Of a stretch of DNA of 64,000 nt, positions 19,220 to 29,290 are shown in pieces. Source of the DNA: Dehalococcoidia bacterium (GTDB lineage: Bacteria > Chloroflexota > Dehalococcoidia > Lucifugimonadales > UBA3495); NCBI GenBank assembly GCA_965216025.1, contig CBDCEX010000018.1, positions 556,837 through 620,836 on the forward strand. The letters are read 5' to 3'. A program made the position numbers and the translations under genes. The notes below the pieces were generated by a model, which saw nothing but the letters and a program-made list of their open reading frames with translations, had not been told where the DNA came from and ran no database searches. Numbering within the stretch: the stretch's first letter is position 1; each line of letters opens with the position of its first letter.

Positions 19220-19998
19220 TTGGAGTATAGCAACATTATCCTGGAAAAGCAGAACTCCGTGGCGACTCTGCGTTTAAATCGGCCCGATGCCCTGAACGCT
19301 TTGAGCCCGGAGTTGCTGGAGGAGTTCCTGGCCGCCACCCGGTCGGTGGCCGAGGATCAGGGGATGAAAGCCCTGGTGATCCGCGGGGAGGGTCGAGCGT
19401 TTTGCGCCGGAGCCGACCTCCTTTATCTGGAATCGATGTTGGATGACCTGTCCTTGATGCCGGACTACGTGCGACTACTGAACCAGTGTTTTTGCCAGTT
19501 GGAGGCCTTGCCCGTACCGACCCTGGCGCTGGTGCAGGGGTTCGCCCTGGCCGGTGGGCTAGAACTGATGATGGCTTGCGACATGGCCATCGTCGCCGAA
19601 GACGCCCGAATAGGCGACCAGCACGCCAACTTTGGACTTATGCCCGCAGGGGGTTCCACCCAGCGGTTACCGCGGCGGGTTGGGCTGCAACGGGCCATGG
19701 ACCTTCTGACCACCGGGCGGTGGATCTCCGGCGCCCAGGCGGCTGACTGGGGGCTGGCCTTCAGCGCCGTGCCAGAGGCTGAACTAGACCGAGAGCTGGA
19801 AGGCATTCTGGAGGCGCTTCGGGGCAAGAGCCGCGCCGGTCTGGGTATGATCAAGTCGGTAACCCAGCAGGGACTGGGCCTCCCCCTAGTCGATGGAATA
19901 GCCCTCGAGGGCATGGCCTTTGTCCAGTTGTTCGCCACCTCGGGCCACCCTCGGAAGGTATCGCGGCATTTAAGGAAAAGCGTCAGCCGTCATTTTAG
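19220..19998 (+). CDS. Enoyl-CoA hydratase/isomerase, 1-nt frameshift near the 3' end
   Basis: Motifs LNRPDALNAL, AFCAGADL, ALAGGLEL. The canonical EGIAAFKEKRQPSF-stop lies in the -1 frame from about 19954. Confidence 0.88.
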
Positions 19999-20106
19999 AC
20001 GATTAGACTGCAGTTGTACTTGACCCGCAGTCGGGTTCCCGCTATGTTGTAATTTAGGCTGAGTTGGTTCCGGGGGTCGGCTCCGGCTGGCCGCTTGGCC
20101 CAGAAG

Positions 20107-20155
20107 AAAAGGAAACCGGGACAAAAAGGAAACCGGGACAAAAAAGACCGGGACA
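20107..20155. repeat. 17-bp tandem repeat, about 3 units, in the metF leader
   Basis: AAAAGGAAACCGGGACA twice, then AAAAAGACCGGGACA. Confidence 0.85.
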
Positions 20156-20162
20156 AGCCCCC

Positions 20163-21044
20163 TTGAAGATAAAGAACATACTCAAAGCTAAAAGGACTAT
20201 TTCCTGCGAGTTTTTCCCTCCCCGGCAGGCCGAGGGAATTCCGGCGGTGCTCCGAGCTGTGGAGCGGGTAAGCGGCTATAATCCGGATTTTGTCTCCGTT
20301 ACCTACGGCGCCGGCGGCTCCACCCGAGCCTTCACCGAAGAGATAACTACCACGTTGAAGCGCGAAACCGGCCTGGAGGTAATGGCCCATTTGACCTGCG
20401 TGGCTCAAACCAGGGAAGAAGTACACCAGGTTTTGGAGCGGCTGGATGAAGCGGGAATCGAGAATCTGATCGCGTTGAGAGGGGATCCGCCCCAGGGGCA
20501 GACCGATTTCATACCGGTGGAGGGCGGTTTTCAGTACGCCACTGAGCTGCTGCAGCATGTTCGGGAAAACTTCGATTTCGGGTTGGCCGCTGCCTGCTAT
20601 CCGGAGGGCCACACCGAATCCCCCGACCTGATGACGGATATCAAGTACGCGAAGCTGAAGGTGGACCGGGGAGCGGAGTTTCTGATTACCCAGTTGTTTT
20701 ACGATAACCAGGACCTTTACAGGATGGTGGAACGGGCCGAGAAAGCCGGTATCGATGTTCCCATCGTGCCCGGGATCCTACCGATACTCAGCACCGCGCA
20801 GATTCGTAGATTCACCGCTCTTTGCGGCGCCCAAATTCCAGCCGCGCTGGACCGGCAGCTGGATAAATTCGCCGAAGACGACGACGCGGTCCGGGAGTTG
20901 GGGATTGAGCACGCGACCGAGCAGGTTCGAGAGCTGTGGGATCAGGGAGTCCCCGGCATCCATTTTTATGTTTTAAACCGGAGCTACTCCGTTTCAAACA
21001 TTTTGGATAATCTCGACTTACCAGGCCACACCAAGGCAGCCTGA
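20163..21044 (+). CDS. metF: Methylenetetrahydrofolate reductase
   Basis: Motifs SCEFFPP, SVTYGAGG, AHLTC, ALRGD, YPEGH, ITQLF. TTG start. Confidence 0.95.
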   Translation: MKIKNILKAKRTISCEFFPPRQAEGIPAVLRAVERVSGYNPDFVSVTYGAGGSTRAFTEEITTTLKRETGLEVMAHLTCVAQTREEVHQVLERLDEAGIENLIALRGDPPQGQTDFIPVEGGFQYATELLQHVRENFDFGLAAACYPEGHTESPDLMTDIKYAKLKVDRGAEFLITQLFYDNQDLYRMVERAEKAGIDVPIVPGILPILSTAQIRRFTALCGAQIPAALDRQLDKFAEDDDAVRELGIEHATEQVRELWDQGVPGIHFYVLNRSYSVSNILDNLDLPGHTKAA

Positions 21045-21223
21045 CGGCGTCTTTGCCCGGAGGCATTGTGGATTATCGTCACCCGGCTTTCGCGGCCTCG
21101 TCATCTATCCCCACCTTCCTCCAACGCGCTTCAAGCTCCCCGGTTGAATGCGAGCCACCGGCACCAGGCCATTGACGGCTCGCGGACATGTTTGCCATGC
21201 TAAGCTCTGTTTAACGAAGTTGC

Positions 21224-21637
21224 ATGTTAACCACCGGAGTTGACATAGTAGAGATCCCTCGGGTCCAACGGGTATTGGCCGGGTACGGTCGGCGCTTTCT
21301 GGAACGTATCTTTACCGAGGGAGAGATTGCTTATTGCCGGGGGCGGGCTCCCACCGGCTCTCCCAATTTGGCGGCCAGATTTGCCGCTAAGGAAGCGACT
21401 ATGAAGGCCCTGGGGACCGGCACTCGCGGGGTTAGCTGGAAGGACATAGAAGTGCTGCGGCGGGAAAGTGGCGAACCCCACATTCGCCTGCACGGGCGGG
21501 CGGAAGCGCGCGCCCAACGCTTGGGGGTGGTGGAGATTTCCCTTAGTCTTTCCCACTGCCGGGAATACGCCGTGGCCTTCGTAGTGGCCCAATCCGGGGT
21601 AACTCAATCCGGGGTAACTCAATCCGGGGCGACTTAA
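21224..21637 (+). CDS. acpS: Holo-ACP synthase
   Basis: Motifs GVDIVEI, ARFAAKEA, SLSH. Confidence 0.95.
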   Translation: MLTTGVDIVEIPRVQRVLAGYGRRFLERIFTEGEIAYCRGRAPTGSPNLAARFAAKEATMKALGTGTRGVSWKDIEVLRRESGEPHIRLHGRAEARAQRLGVVEISLSLSHCREYAVAFVVAQSGVTQSGVTQSGAT

Positions 21638-21649
21638 TCCGGGGGGCCC
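21590..21649. repeat. 15-bp tandem repeat x4 across the acpS stop
   Basis: CAATCCGGGGTAACT units; the fourth begins TAA. Confidence 0.85.
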
Positions 21650-21650
21650 A

Positions 21651-23261
21651 ATGCCGGCAACAAACCTGAAAATAGTCACCGCGGCCCAGATGGTGGCGCT
21701 GGAGCAGGCATCGGAGCGCCAAGGGGTCAGCACCGACCGCCTGATGGAGAACGCGGGACTGGCCGTGGCGGAGGCGGTCCGGAATCAGCTGGGAGGGGTT
21801 GCGGGAGCAAAAGTCCTGGTGCTGGTGGGCCCCGGCAACAACGGCGCTGACGGCCTGGTTGCGGCGCGGCACCTGCGGCGTTGGGGCGCCCAGGCCAGCA
21901 TCTACCTGGCCACCCGCCGGCCAACCCCAGACCCCAAAATGGAGCTCGCCCTGGAGTATGGGGTCGCGGTTTTCTCCTCGGCCAATGACCCTGAACTGGC
22001 AGACCTGGAGGGCCAGCTCCACGGGTGCCGGTTGGTGCTGGACGCGGTGCTGGGTACTGGTAGGGCTCGCCCGCTGGAAGGAGCGGTGAAGGAGCTGGCT
22101 CGGCGGATAAACGCCTGGCGTTCTCAGGGTCGTAACCAAGGCCCGGACCGAAACCACCAGGTTTTCGCTCTGGACCTCCCCACCGGTCTTAACTCAGACA
22201 CCGGACAGACCGACCCCAATTGCTTTGCCGCCGACCAGACCCTGGCGTTGGGATTCCCCAAGTTAGGCCTGCTGACCTTCCCGGGAGCCGAGTTGGTCGG
22301 ACAGTTGCGAGTATTGGATATAGATCTTGCTCCCGACCTGGAACCGGAGCAAGGTATTGACCTGGAACTTCTGAGTCCCGATTGGATTGGCGGCCATTTA
22401 CCGGTTCGCCCGCTTGACTCCCACAAGGGAACCTTTGGCCACGCCCTGATAGTGGCCGGTTCCAGAAGCTATGTCGGCGCCGCCTTCCTGGCGGCCCAAG
22501 CGGCGGTCCGAGCCGGAGCCGGGCTGGTTACCCTGGCCACCCCGGAGAGCGTCTATCCCATCGCGGCCGGCAAATTGACCGAAGTGATCCATCTACCCCT
22601 TCCGGAGGACCAGGAGGGGTTGGTACGTCCCGAGGCTGCTAGGCTAATCCGCTCCAACCTTTCCCGCTATGACGCTTTGGCCGTGGGTTGCGGCCTGGGC
22701 CAATCGAAGGGGACCCGGCAGTTTATGGAGCAGTTGGTTCTGGATCAGCCCCAGCTGCCCATTCCCTTGGTGATCGACGCCGACGGCTTGAATAATCTTT
22801 CCCGACTGGAGGGCTGGTGGGAGCGCCTAGCCGCAACCACGGTCCTGACCCCCCATCCCGGAGAGATGGCGACCCTGGTCGGCGCACCAACCTCCGAGAT
22901 TCAGCGGGACCGGATCGGTGCCGCCCGGAAATGGGCGGATTATTGGAAGGTCGGCTTGGTCCTCAAGGGGGCCCATACGGTTGTGGCCCATCCCAGCCAG
23001 GCTGTCCGAGTCTCACCCTTCGCCAATCCGGGACTGGCTTCCGGAGGCACCGGTGATGTTTTGACCGGAATAATAGCCAGTCTGATGGCTCAAGGCCTCT
23101 CCGCCGATCTTGCCGCCAGCTGTGGAGTTTACCTGCACGGGCAAGCCGGAGCCGACGCGGTGTTGGACGTGGGCGAGGCCGGTCTTACCGCCACGGACCT
23201 GGTTCAGAGGCTGCCCCAAACCATTGGGCGGTTAATAGGACAGTTGCGGCATGCCAGTTAA
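21651..23261 (+). CDS. nnr: Bifunctional NAD(P)HX epimerase/dehydratase
   Basis: Motifs LMENAG, GPGNNGADG, HKGTFG, DADGL, TPHPGE, GGTGDVL. Confidence 0.95.
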   Translation: MPATNLKIVTAAQMVALEQASERQGVSTDRLMENAGLAVAEAVRNQLGGVAGAKVLVLVGPGNNGADGLVAARHLRRWGAQASIYLATRRPTPDPKMELALEYGVAVFSSANDPELADLEGQLHGCRLVLDAVLGTGRARPLEGAVKELARRINAWRSQGRNQGPDRNHQVFALDLPTGLNSDTGQTDPNCFAADQTLALGFPKLGLLTFPGAELVGQLRVLDIDLAPDLEPEQGIDLELLSPDWIGGHLPVRPLDSHKGTFGHALIVAGSRSYVGAAFLAAQAAVRAGAGLVTLATPESVYPIAAGKLTEVIHLPLPEDQEGLVRPEAARLIRSNLSRYDALAVGCGLGQSKGTRQFMEQLVLDQPQLPIPLVIDADGLNNLSRLEGWWERLAATTVLTPHPGEMATLVGAPTSEIQRDRIGAARKWADYWKVGLVLKGAHTVVAHPSQAVRVSPFANPGLASGGTGDVLTGIIASLMAQGLSADLAASCGVYLHGQAGADAVLDVGEAGLTATDLVQRLPQTIGRLIGQLRHAS

Positions 23262-23434
23262 ATCTGGCTGGTGTGGAAGCGCAAAAATTCTCCCGAAAAT
23301 CCGCTTGACACCAATTATTGACGAACTGCGCTATGTTATAATTGGCCCGTTCACTATTTGTCATATAAAAACTCAATTGACGGCTGATAGCCCAGATTTT
23401 CCAATCATTTGATAGCTGAGTTCAGAGGGCGCTC

Positions 23435-24352
23435 ATGGCACTGGAAGAGTTTCTAGAAATCCTGGCTGATCCTTCGGCCGATGTGGCCAACGCCGATTTC
23501 GTAGAAATGTCCGACCTATCCCCTTCGGAATTGGGAGGTTTTGCGCGAGCCTGGTTCGCCATTCCCGTCGAGCGCCAACGCGACGTTATCACCACCATGG
23601 TTGATTTAGCTGAGGACAACCCGGAGTTTGACTTCTGCGCGGTCTTCAAAATGTGCCTCAAGGACCCGGATGAGTTGGTTCAGGCCAAGGCCATCGAAGG
23701 CTTGTGGGAGTATGAGGACCGGTCCATCATCACCGGTTTGGTGCAAATCTTGCGCTCGGACCGCAGCCCGGAGGTTCGCTCCGCTGCCGCCGCGGCTTTG
23801 GGTAAATTCGCCTACTTGATCCAGGAAGGCAAGCTGCTTCCCAAGGACGCGGACCTGGTGCGGGATAACCTGATGGACACCCTGGAGAACCAGGATGAAC
23901 ACTTGGAGGTCCGGCGGAGAAGTTTGGAGGCAGTTGCCCCCTTCAATACTGAGACCATTCAGGAGTACGTTTCCTGGGCTTACAACAGCGATGACCTGAA
24001 GCTCAAGTCCAGCTCCATTTACGCCATGGGGCGCACCGGCGAAGCAACTTGGTTGCCGGTATTGATCAAGGAACTGCAAAGTCCTGAACCGTCGGTGCGA
24101 TATGAAACCGCCAACGCCTGCGGCGACCTGGGTGAGGAGGACCTAGTCCCCCATCTGGTACCTCTGCTGGAGGATAACGACTACCAGGTGCAGGTAGCCG
24201 GGCTGGGCGCTCTAGGCAAGATAGGCGGGTCGCTGGCCAAGCGGGTGCTGATCCGGTGCATCAAAGAGGGCGACGCGGTGCTGGAAGATGCCGCCCGGGG
24301 CGCCCTGGAAAACGTGGAATTTCTGGAAGGGGATGGGACCTTCCAATCCTAG
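23435..24352 (+). CDS. HEAT-repeat protein
   Basis: Repeated VRxxAxxALG units. Extended -10 TGTTATAAT at 23334-23342. Confidence 0.85.
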   Translation: MALEEFLEILADPSADVANADFVEMSDLSPSELGGFARAWFAIPVERQRDVITTMVDLAEDNPEFDFCAVFKMCLKDPDELVQAKAIEGLWEYEDRSIITGLVQILRSDRSPEVRSAAAAALGKFAYLIQEGKLLPKDADLVRDNLMDTLENQDEHLEVRRRSLEAVAPFNTETIQEYVSWAYNSDDLKLKSSSIYAMGRTGEATWLPVLIKELQSPEPSVRYETANACGDLGEEDLVPHLVPLLEDNDYQVQVAGLGALGKIGGSLAKRVLIRCIKEGDAVLEDAARGALENVEFLEGDGTFQS

Positions 24353-24439
24353 CTTCTACTGAAACCTGGAACAGCTCTGAAGCGTGCCGGGTGGATTTTT
24401 CCCTCAAATTAAGCGGCCACTAACCTCCATTTCTCCCCT

Positions 24440-24883
24440 ATGGCCTATGACACTCTAGCACAGCTACCAGCCAACCAAGCAGAGCTGCTGGCCCATGCGC
24501 CGGTCGGACGTCTGGCCACCGCCGACGCCAACGGCGTCCCTCACGTGATCCCGGTTTGCTACGCTCTGATGGACGGGATGATCTATTCGGTGCTGGACCA
24601 GAAACCCAAGCGTGCCTCCTTAACCCGGCTGCGGCGAGTCCGGAATATTTTGGCCAATCCCCAGGTGTCCTTGGTCGTTGACCACTACGAGGAGAATTGG
24701 GAGCGCCTGTGGTACATTCTGATATCTGGACCCGCCGCGCTGCTGGAAGAGGGTGGGGAGAGGCCCGCCGCCATCCAGGTATTGCGCGAAAAGTACGCCC
24801 AGTACCGGCTGATGAACATTGACCCCAATCCGGTAATCAAAATCACGCCATCCCTCGTGGTCTCCTGGGGCTTTAGGGCTTAA
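24440..24883 (+). CDS. PPOX-class, probably F420-dependent, oxidoreductase (Rv0121-like)
   Basis: Motifs GRLATAD, PHVIPVCY, DQKPK, RVRNILANPQVSLVVDHY...LW. Confidence 0.88.
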   Translation: MAYDTLAQLPANQAELLAHAPVGRLATADANGVPHVIPVCYALMDGMIYSVLDQKPKRASLTRLRRVRNILANPQVSLVVDHYEENWERLWYILISGPAALLEEGGERPAAIQVLREKYAQYRLMNIDPNPVIKITPSLVVSWGFRA

Positions 24884-24975
24884 CCCCCTCCTGGGCTCCT
24901 TCCGCTGACTCCGCGGCCTTGCTCGTCCTCGCTGGCCTCTTGCCTCTCCGGTTATAATTAGCCTCCATCCATCCA

Positions 24976-25100
24976 TCAGACAATTGGAATCACCAAGATG
25001 GTCAGAACTCCGATGGCCGTGGCGGCATTGGCGAACCTTATACCGGATGAGGCCCTGACAACTAGCCACCCATAGTAGATTCGTATAGGTTTCCAGCCCA
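24976..25100 (-). pseudogene. Probable N-terminal remnant of an MFS transporter
   Basis: MGWKPIRIYYGWLVV...AIGVLTILVIP then a stop; resembles the YGW-initiated first helix of MFS proteins. Confidence 0.45.
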
Positions 25101-25308
25101 TTGTCGTCAATACTTCGCTGTCAGCAGGTACTATCGAGCTAGGGGCGGGCCGTGGTATATGACGTGGTATATGGTCCGGGACCAACAGTTCGGATACATA
25201 CCACGCGAGGGAAGCCAAGGCCGCGCGTTTACTCAATTACCTTCACCGAAAGATTACCCAGTTTTCCCCAAGGGCAATCCTCACGCAAGTATAATCGGAG
25301 TGTTGCCA

Positions 25309-26082
25309 ATGGAAATGGTCAAGAATGCCCAGCCTGACAGCGGCGAGAGCGATTCCGGCCAGTACCAGCCCCAGTTTCAGCCCATGATTCGGGACCTCCC
25401 CAATGGAGAACGACCCCGGGAAAGGCTGAGGGAGTACGGCTCCCGATACTTGAGTAATACCGAGCTTATCGCCATTCTGCTGCGCACCGGTGTTAAGGGT
25501 CAGAACGTCCTATCTCTGTCGTCCAGCCTGCTAGCCCGGCGGGACGGCCTGGCCGGGCTGGGCCGCAGCACTTTCGCCGAGCTGTGCGCCGAGCGAGGAC
25601 TGAGCGAAGCCAAGGCATGCCAGCTTTTGGCGGCGTTGGAGCTGGGGCGCCGGTTCGCCTCCCTGGTACCGGAGGAACGGGCGACCATAGGTTCCCCCCA
25701 AGACGTGGCCAACCTGCTGGCTGCGGAAATGGCTATGCTGGACCAGGAGCATCTGAGGGTTCTGCTGCTAAACACTAGAAATCAGGTCCTCAGCATTCAG
25801 GAGATCTACGTGGGAAACGTCAGCGCCGCCGCCGTCCGGGCCTCGGAGGTGTTTCGTCCTGCGGTCCGCGACAACGCTCCGGCCATCATAGTAGTGCATA
25901 ACCATCCTTCCGGCGACCCCACGCCCAGCGAAGCAGACGTAAGCATAACCAGGGACCTGGTGGCCGCCGGGAAATTGATGGGTATTGAGCTACTGGACCA
26001 TGTTATCGTTGGCGCCGGCAACAGCTACGTCAGTCTGAATGAAAAGGGGATAGGTTTCAGCCAGGCTCAAAGCTGGTTCTGA
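25309..26082 (+). CDS. radC: RadC/JAB-domain protein, copy 1
   Basis: Motifs ERPRERL, ELIAILLRTG, AKACQLLAALELGRR, HNHPSGDPTPS, LLDHVI. Confidence 0.95.
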   Translation: MEMVKNAQPDSGESDSGQYQPQFQPMIRDLPNGERPRERLREYGSRYLSNTELIAILLRTGVKGQNVLSLSSSLLARRDGLAGLGRSTFAELCAERGLSEAKACQLLAALELGRRFASLVPEERATIGSPQDVANLLAAEMAMLDQEHLRVLLLNTRNQVLSIQEIYVGNVSAAAVRASEVFRPAVRDNAPAIIVVHNHPSGDPTPSEADVSITRDLVAAGKLMGIELLDHVIVGAGNSYVSLNEKGIGFSQAQSWF

Positions 26083-26102
26083 ATTAAGTTTGAGGTGTCT
26101 CC

Positions 26103-26897
26103 ATGCCGGAATATGGTACCGCAGTCAGCTCCCCCACCGGAGTCCGCAGCCCTGGGAAAGCCTCCAGAGCAGTCTCTGGAAAAGCCCCTGGCCGGTACGA
26201 AAATTGGGTGGCTGAACCTTCGCCAGAGGAGCGCTCTAAGGAACGTCTCAGCCAATACGGTCCCAAACATCTGACCAACAGCGAACTTGTGGCAATCTTG
26301 CTCTGGAGCGGACTTGAGGGAGAAGATGTCTTTTTCCTGGCCTCCCGTTTGCTCTCCCGCCTGGGCGGCCTGGGCGGTCTGGGCCGCAGCACCTTCGCTG
26401 ACCTGTGCGGCGAGATCTCCGCTGGTGAGGGAATGCGAGAAGCCAAAGCCTGCCAGTTATTGGCCGCACTGGAGCTGGGCCGGCGATTCGTATCCCTGGC
26501 GCCCGCCAGCGAGGTAAGCGTCAACTCGCCTGAGGATGTGGTCAACCTGGTGGGCTCAGACCTGGCCGGCTTGGACCAAGAGCATCTTCAAACCGTGCTG
26601 CTCAATACCCAAAACCAGGTCTTGAGCATTCAAGAAATCTACGTGGGAAACGTCAACAGCTCGGTAGTGCGACCGGTGGAGGTCTTCCGGCCAGCTATCC
26701 GGGAAAATGCTCCATCGATAATAGTGGTGCACAACCACCCTTCGGGGGATCCCACCCCAAGTCCCGAGGATGTCCTGATTACCAACAGTCTGGTTGCCGC
26801 CGGTCAAGTGCTGGGTATAGCCCTGTTGGACCACGTCATCATTGGCAGCGACCAGCAATTTGTGAGCCTGAACCAGCAGGGTTTGGGATTTGGGTAG
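26103..26897 (+). CDS. radC: RadC/JAB-domain protein, copy 2
   Basis: Same motifs as copy 1, with a diverged N-terminus. Confidence 0.92.
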   Translation: MPEYGTAVSSPTGVRSPGKASRAVSGKAPGRYENWVAEPSPEERSKERLSQYGPKHLTNSELVAILLWSGLEGEDVFFLASRLLSRLGGLGGLGRSTFADLCGEISAGEGMREAKACQLLAALELGRRFVSLAPASEVSVNSPEDVVNLVGSDLAGLDQEHLQTVLLNTQNQVLSIQEIYVGNVNSSVVRPVEVFRPAIRENAPSIIVVHNHPSGDPTPSPEDVLITNSLVAAGQVLGIALLDHVIIGSDQQFVSLNQQGLGFG

Positions 26898-26911
26898 GCT
26901 ACTAAAGCGGG

Positions 26912-28513
26912 CTACCAGCCTGCGGCGCAGCCGTCCTTGCGCGGCTCGGAACCGCCCCACAAAACTCCCGAGTCGGGGTCGCGGTATATAGCCTGCGCGC
27001 CACCCATACCACCGGCGCCGCCCCGCTGCAGTCCTGCCATGATGTTCACCTGGTGGCCCCGACGTTGCAGCTCCCGAACCACGGCGGAGTCAATACCTTC
27101 CTCGAAAATTACCCCTTCCCCGGCAACCTGGAATCTCAAAGCGTCGATGGCTTCCTGAGGGTTCATGTCCAGGTCTACCATGTTGTTGATCAGCTGGAGG
27201 TGGCCCTGGGGTTGCATAAATGCTCCCATGACCCCATAGCACAGGGATAACTCCCCGTTCACGGTGGTCATGGCGGGTATGATGGTGTGGTAAGGACGCT
27301 TGCCGCCGGCCAGGGAGTTGGGGTGCTCCGGGTCCAGCGAGAAAAGGGAGGCCCGATTGTGCAACACAATGCCGGTGCCGGGCACCACCATGCCGCTGCC
27401 GAAGTTGGAAAAAACGCTGTTGATGAATGAACAGGCGTTGCCCTGGCCATCGACGCAGCTGATGTACACGGTATCGCTCCCACGAAAAACCTTCCCATAC
27501 GGGGCTGATGCCATGGATTGGCTGCTGTCGATAAGTCCGCGGCGCTCCTCGGCGTAGGCCTTCGAATTAAGCTGCTCTATGGGAACCTGCGCCTGACGAG
27601 GGTCCGCGACATAGCGAAACGCATCGGCAAGGGACAATCGCATGGCCTCAATCAAGTGATGATACCGGTCGGCGCTCTGCGCGCCCATCCCCCTCATATC
27701 GAAGCCTTCGACAATGTTCAGCGCCTCCAGGGCGGCGATACCCTGCCCATTGGGCGGACACTCCCAGCAGGTGACGCCCCGGTAGTCGGTGGAGATCGGC
27801 TCATCCCAGTCGGAGCGGTGGCTCGCCAGGTCTTCGTTGGCCAGCCATCCGCCCTGTTCCTGGACGAAGGCCGCCATCTTCTCTCCAATTTTCCCCTGGT
27901 AAAAGGCCTGGGAGCCTCCCTCAGATATGGTCCGCAGCGTATTGCCCAGAGTAGGAATGGTCATCAACTCCCCATGTTTTGGGGCACGACCGTCGATTAG
28001 CATTTCCTGTCCTGAAGGCAGGCGGGCGATCTTGTCCACCACCCGGTGCCACTGGTAAGCGATAACCTCGGTTACCGGAAATCCCTCCTCGGCGTATTGA
28101 ATGGCCGGTTTCAGCACCTGGGATAAGGTCATGCTGCCGTGGGATGCGAGGAGGGTTTCCCAGCCGTGCACCGTGCCCGGCACTGAAACTGAATAAGCGC
28201 CGAACTCCGGCATGCGCTGATGACCCTGGGAACGGAGCTCCTCTATGGATGCCGCCGCCGGAGCCGCGCCGCTGCCGTTCAGCGCGTGCACCTTCTTCTC
28301 CTTGGCGTCCCAGATCAGCGCGAACATGTCTCCGCCAACGCCGGTGGAGACGGGTTCCACCACATTGAGGACAGCGGCGCAGGCGACCGCGGCGTCCACG
28401 GCGTTGCCGCCCTGAATCAGGGTTTGCAAGCCTATCTGGGCCGCCAGAGGCTGGCTGGTGGCACACATTCCCCTTTTGGCCAGAACCGGCGAGCGGCGGG
28501 AATTAAAGACCAT
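26912..28513 (-). CDS. ggt: Gamma-glutamyltransferase
   Basis: Motifs GGNAVDAA, VPGTVHGW, the DTVY autocleavage site, KRPYHTIIP, PRKDG. Confidence 0.95.
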   Translation of the reverse strand: MVFNSRRSPVLAKRGMCATSQPLAAQIGLQTLIQGGNAVDAAVACAAVLNVVEPVSTGVGGDMFALIWDAKEKKVHALNGSGAAPAAASIEELRSQGHQRMPEFGAYSVSVPGTVHGWETLLASHGSMTLSQVLKPAIQYAEEGFPVTEVIAYQWHRVVDKIARLPSGQEMLIDGRAPKHGELMTIPTLGNTLRTISEGGSQAFYQGKIGEKMAAFVQEQGGWLANEDLASHRSDWDEPISTDYRGVTCWECPPNGQGIAALEALNIVEGFDMRGMGAQSADRYHHLIEAMRLSLADAFRYVADPRQAQVPIEQLNSKAYAEERRGLIDSSQSMASAPYGKVFRGSDTVYISCVDGQGNACSFINSVFSNFGSGMVVPGTGIVLHNRASLFSLDPEHPNSLAGGKRPYHTIIPAMTTVNGELSLCYGVMGAFMQPQGHLQLINNMVDLDMNPQEAIDALRFQVAGEGVIFEEGIDSAVVRELQRRGHQVNIMAGLQRGGAGGMGGAQAIYRDPDSGVLWGGSEPRKDGCAAGW

Positions 28514-28788
28514 GCCTGTTAACTCCTACTTAAGGACTCGTTACGGCTGAATTTCCGGACCCGATTACAACTGGCCCAGTTTAACATAGGGGGTTTGACC
28601 CCGCATTCGAGCTCACGGGCTAGGCTCGGTGTTCTGCAATACCTGCCTGTGTTAACATACCGGGCGGCTGGCCGGGATAGGGCGATGTTTCTAAACCTGG
28701 CCGGTTTCCGGGTTTACGCGCCAATTCGGCATGCCGCCCCGGGTATTAAAATGGTATCCAAAACTCTGGACGTAGAGGAGGGACATTC

Positions 28789-29262
28789 ATGGCAGCGGAA
28801 GTTGGTCAGGCGGCCCCTGACTTTAGTTTGTACGATACGGAACGGCAAAAACGGGGTTTAGGCGAGTTCAAGGGCAAGAACGTGGTGCTGGCCTTCTTCC
28901 CCGGAGCCTTCACCGGGGTTTGTACCAAGGAGATGTGCACTCTGCGGGACCAGATTGACCAGTATAACTCCATGAATGCCCAGGTTATTGGAATCACCGT
29001 CGACCCTCCCTTTTCCCAAAAGGTGTGGATGGATCAAAACAACGTCACCTATCCCTTTCTGAGCGACTTCAATCGCGAGGTGGTCAATAAATACGACGTC
29101 GCCCTGCCCAACATGGGTACTATGGAAGGCTACGTGGCCGCGAAACGCGCCGTTTTCGTGCTGGACAAGGAGGGCATCGTCCGCTACAAGTGGGTGAGCG
29201 ATAGCCCGGGCAATGAGCCGGACTATGACGAGGTCCAGAAAGCGGTAGCCCAGCTGGGCTAG
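28789..29262 (+). CDS. Peroxiredoxin (AhpE/BCP-like, single Cys)
   Basis: Motif FFPGAFTGVCTKE. Confidence 0.92.
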   Translation: MAAEVGQAAPDFSLYDTERQKRGLGEFKGKNVVLAFFPGAFTGVCTKEMCTLRDQIDQYNSMNAQVIGITVDPPFSQKVWMDQNNVTYPFLSDFNREVVNKYDVALPNMGTMEGYVAAKRAVFVLDKEGIVRYKWVSDSPGNEPDYDEVQKAVAQLG

Positions 29263-29290
29263 ATCTCTGCTGATTGCCAGTGGATTGCGG

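Noticed and set aside
20020-20162. SAM riboswitch before metF
   Set aside because: No recognisable SAM-I or SAM-II consensus; only a tandem repeat and a GC-rich stem.
20107-21649. CRISPR-like arrays
   Set aside because: The repeats are contiguous with no unique spacers, and there are no cas genes in the window.
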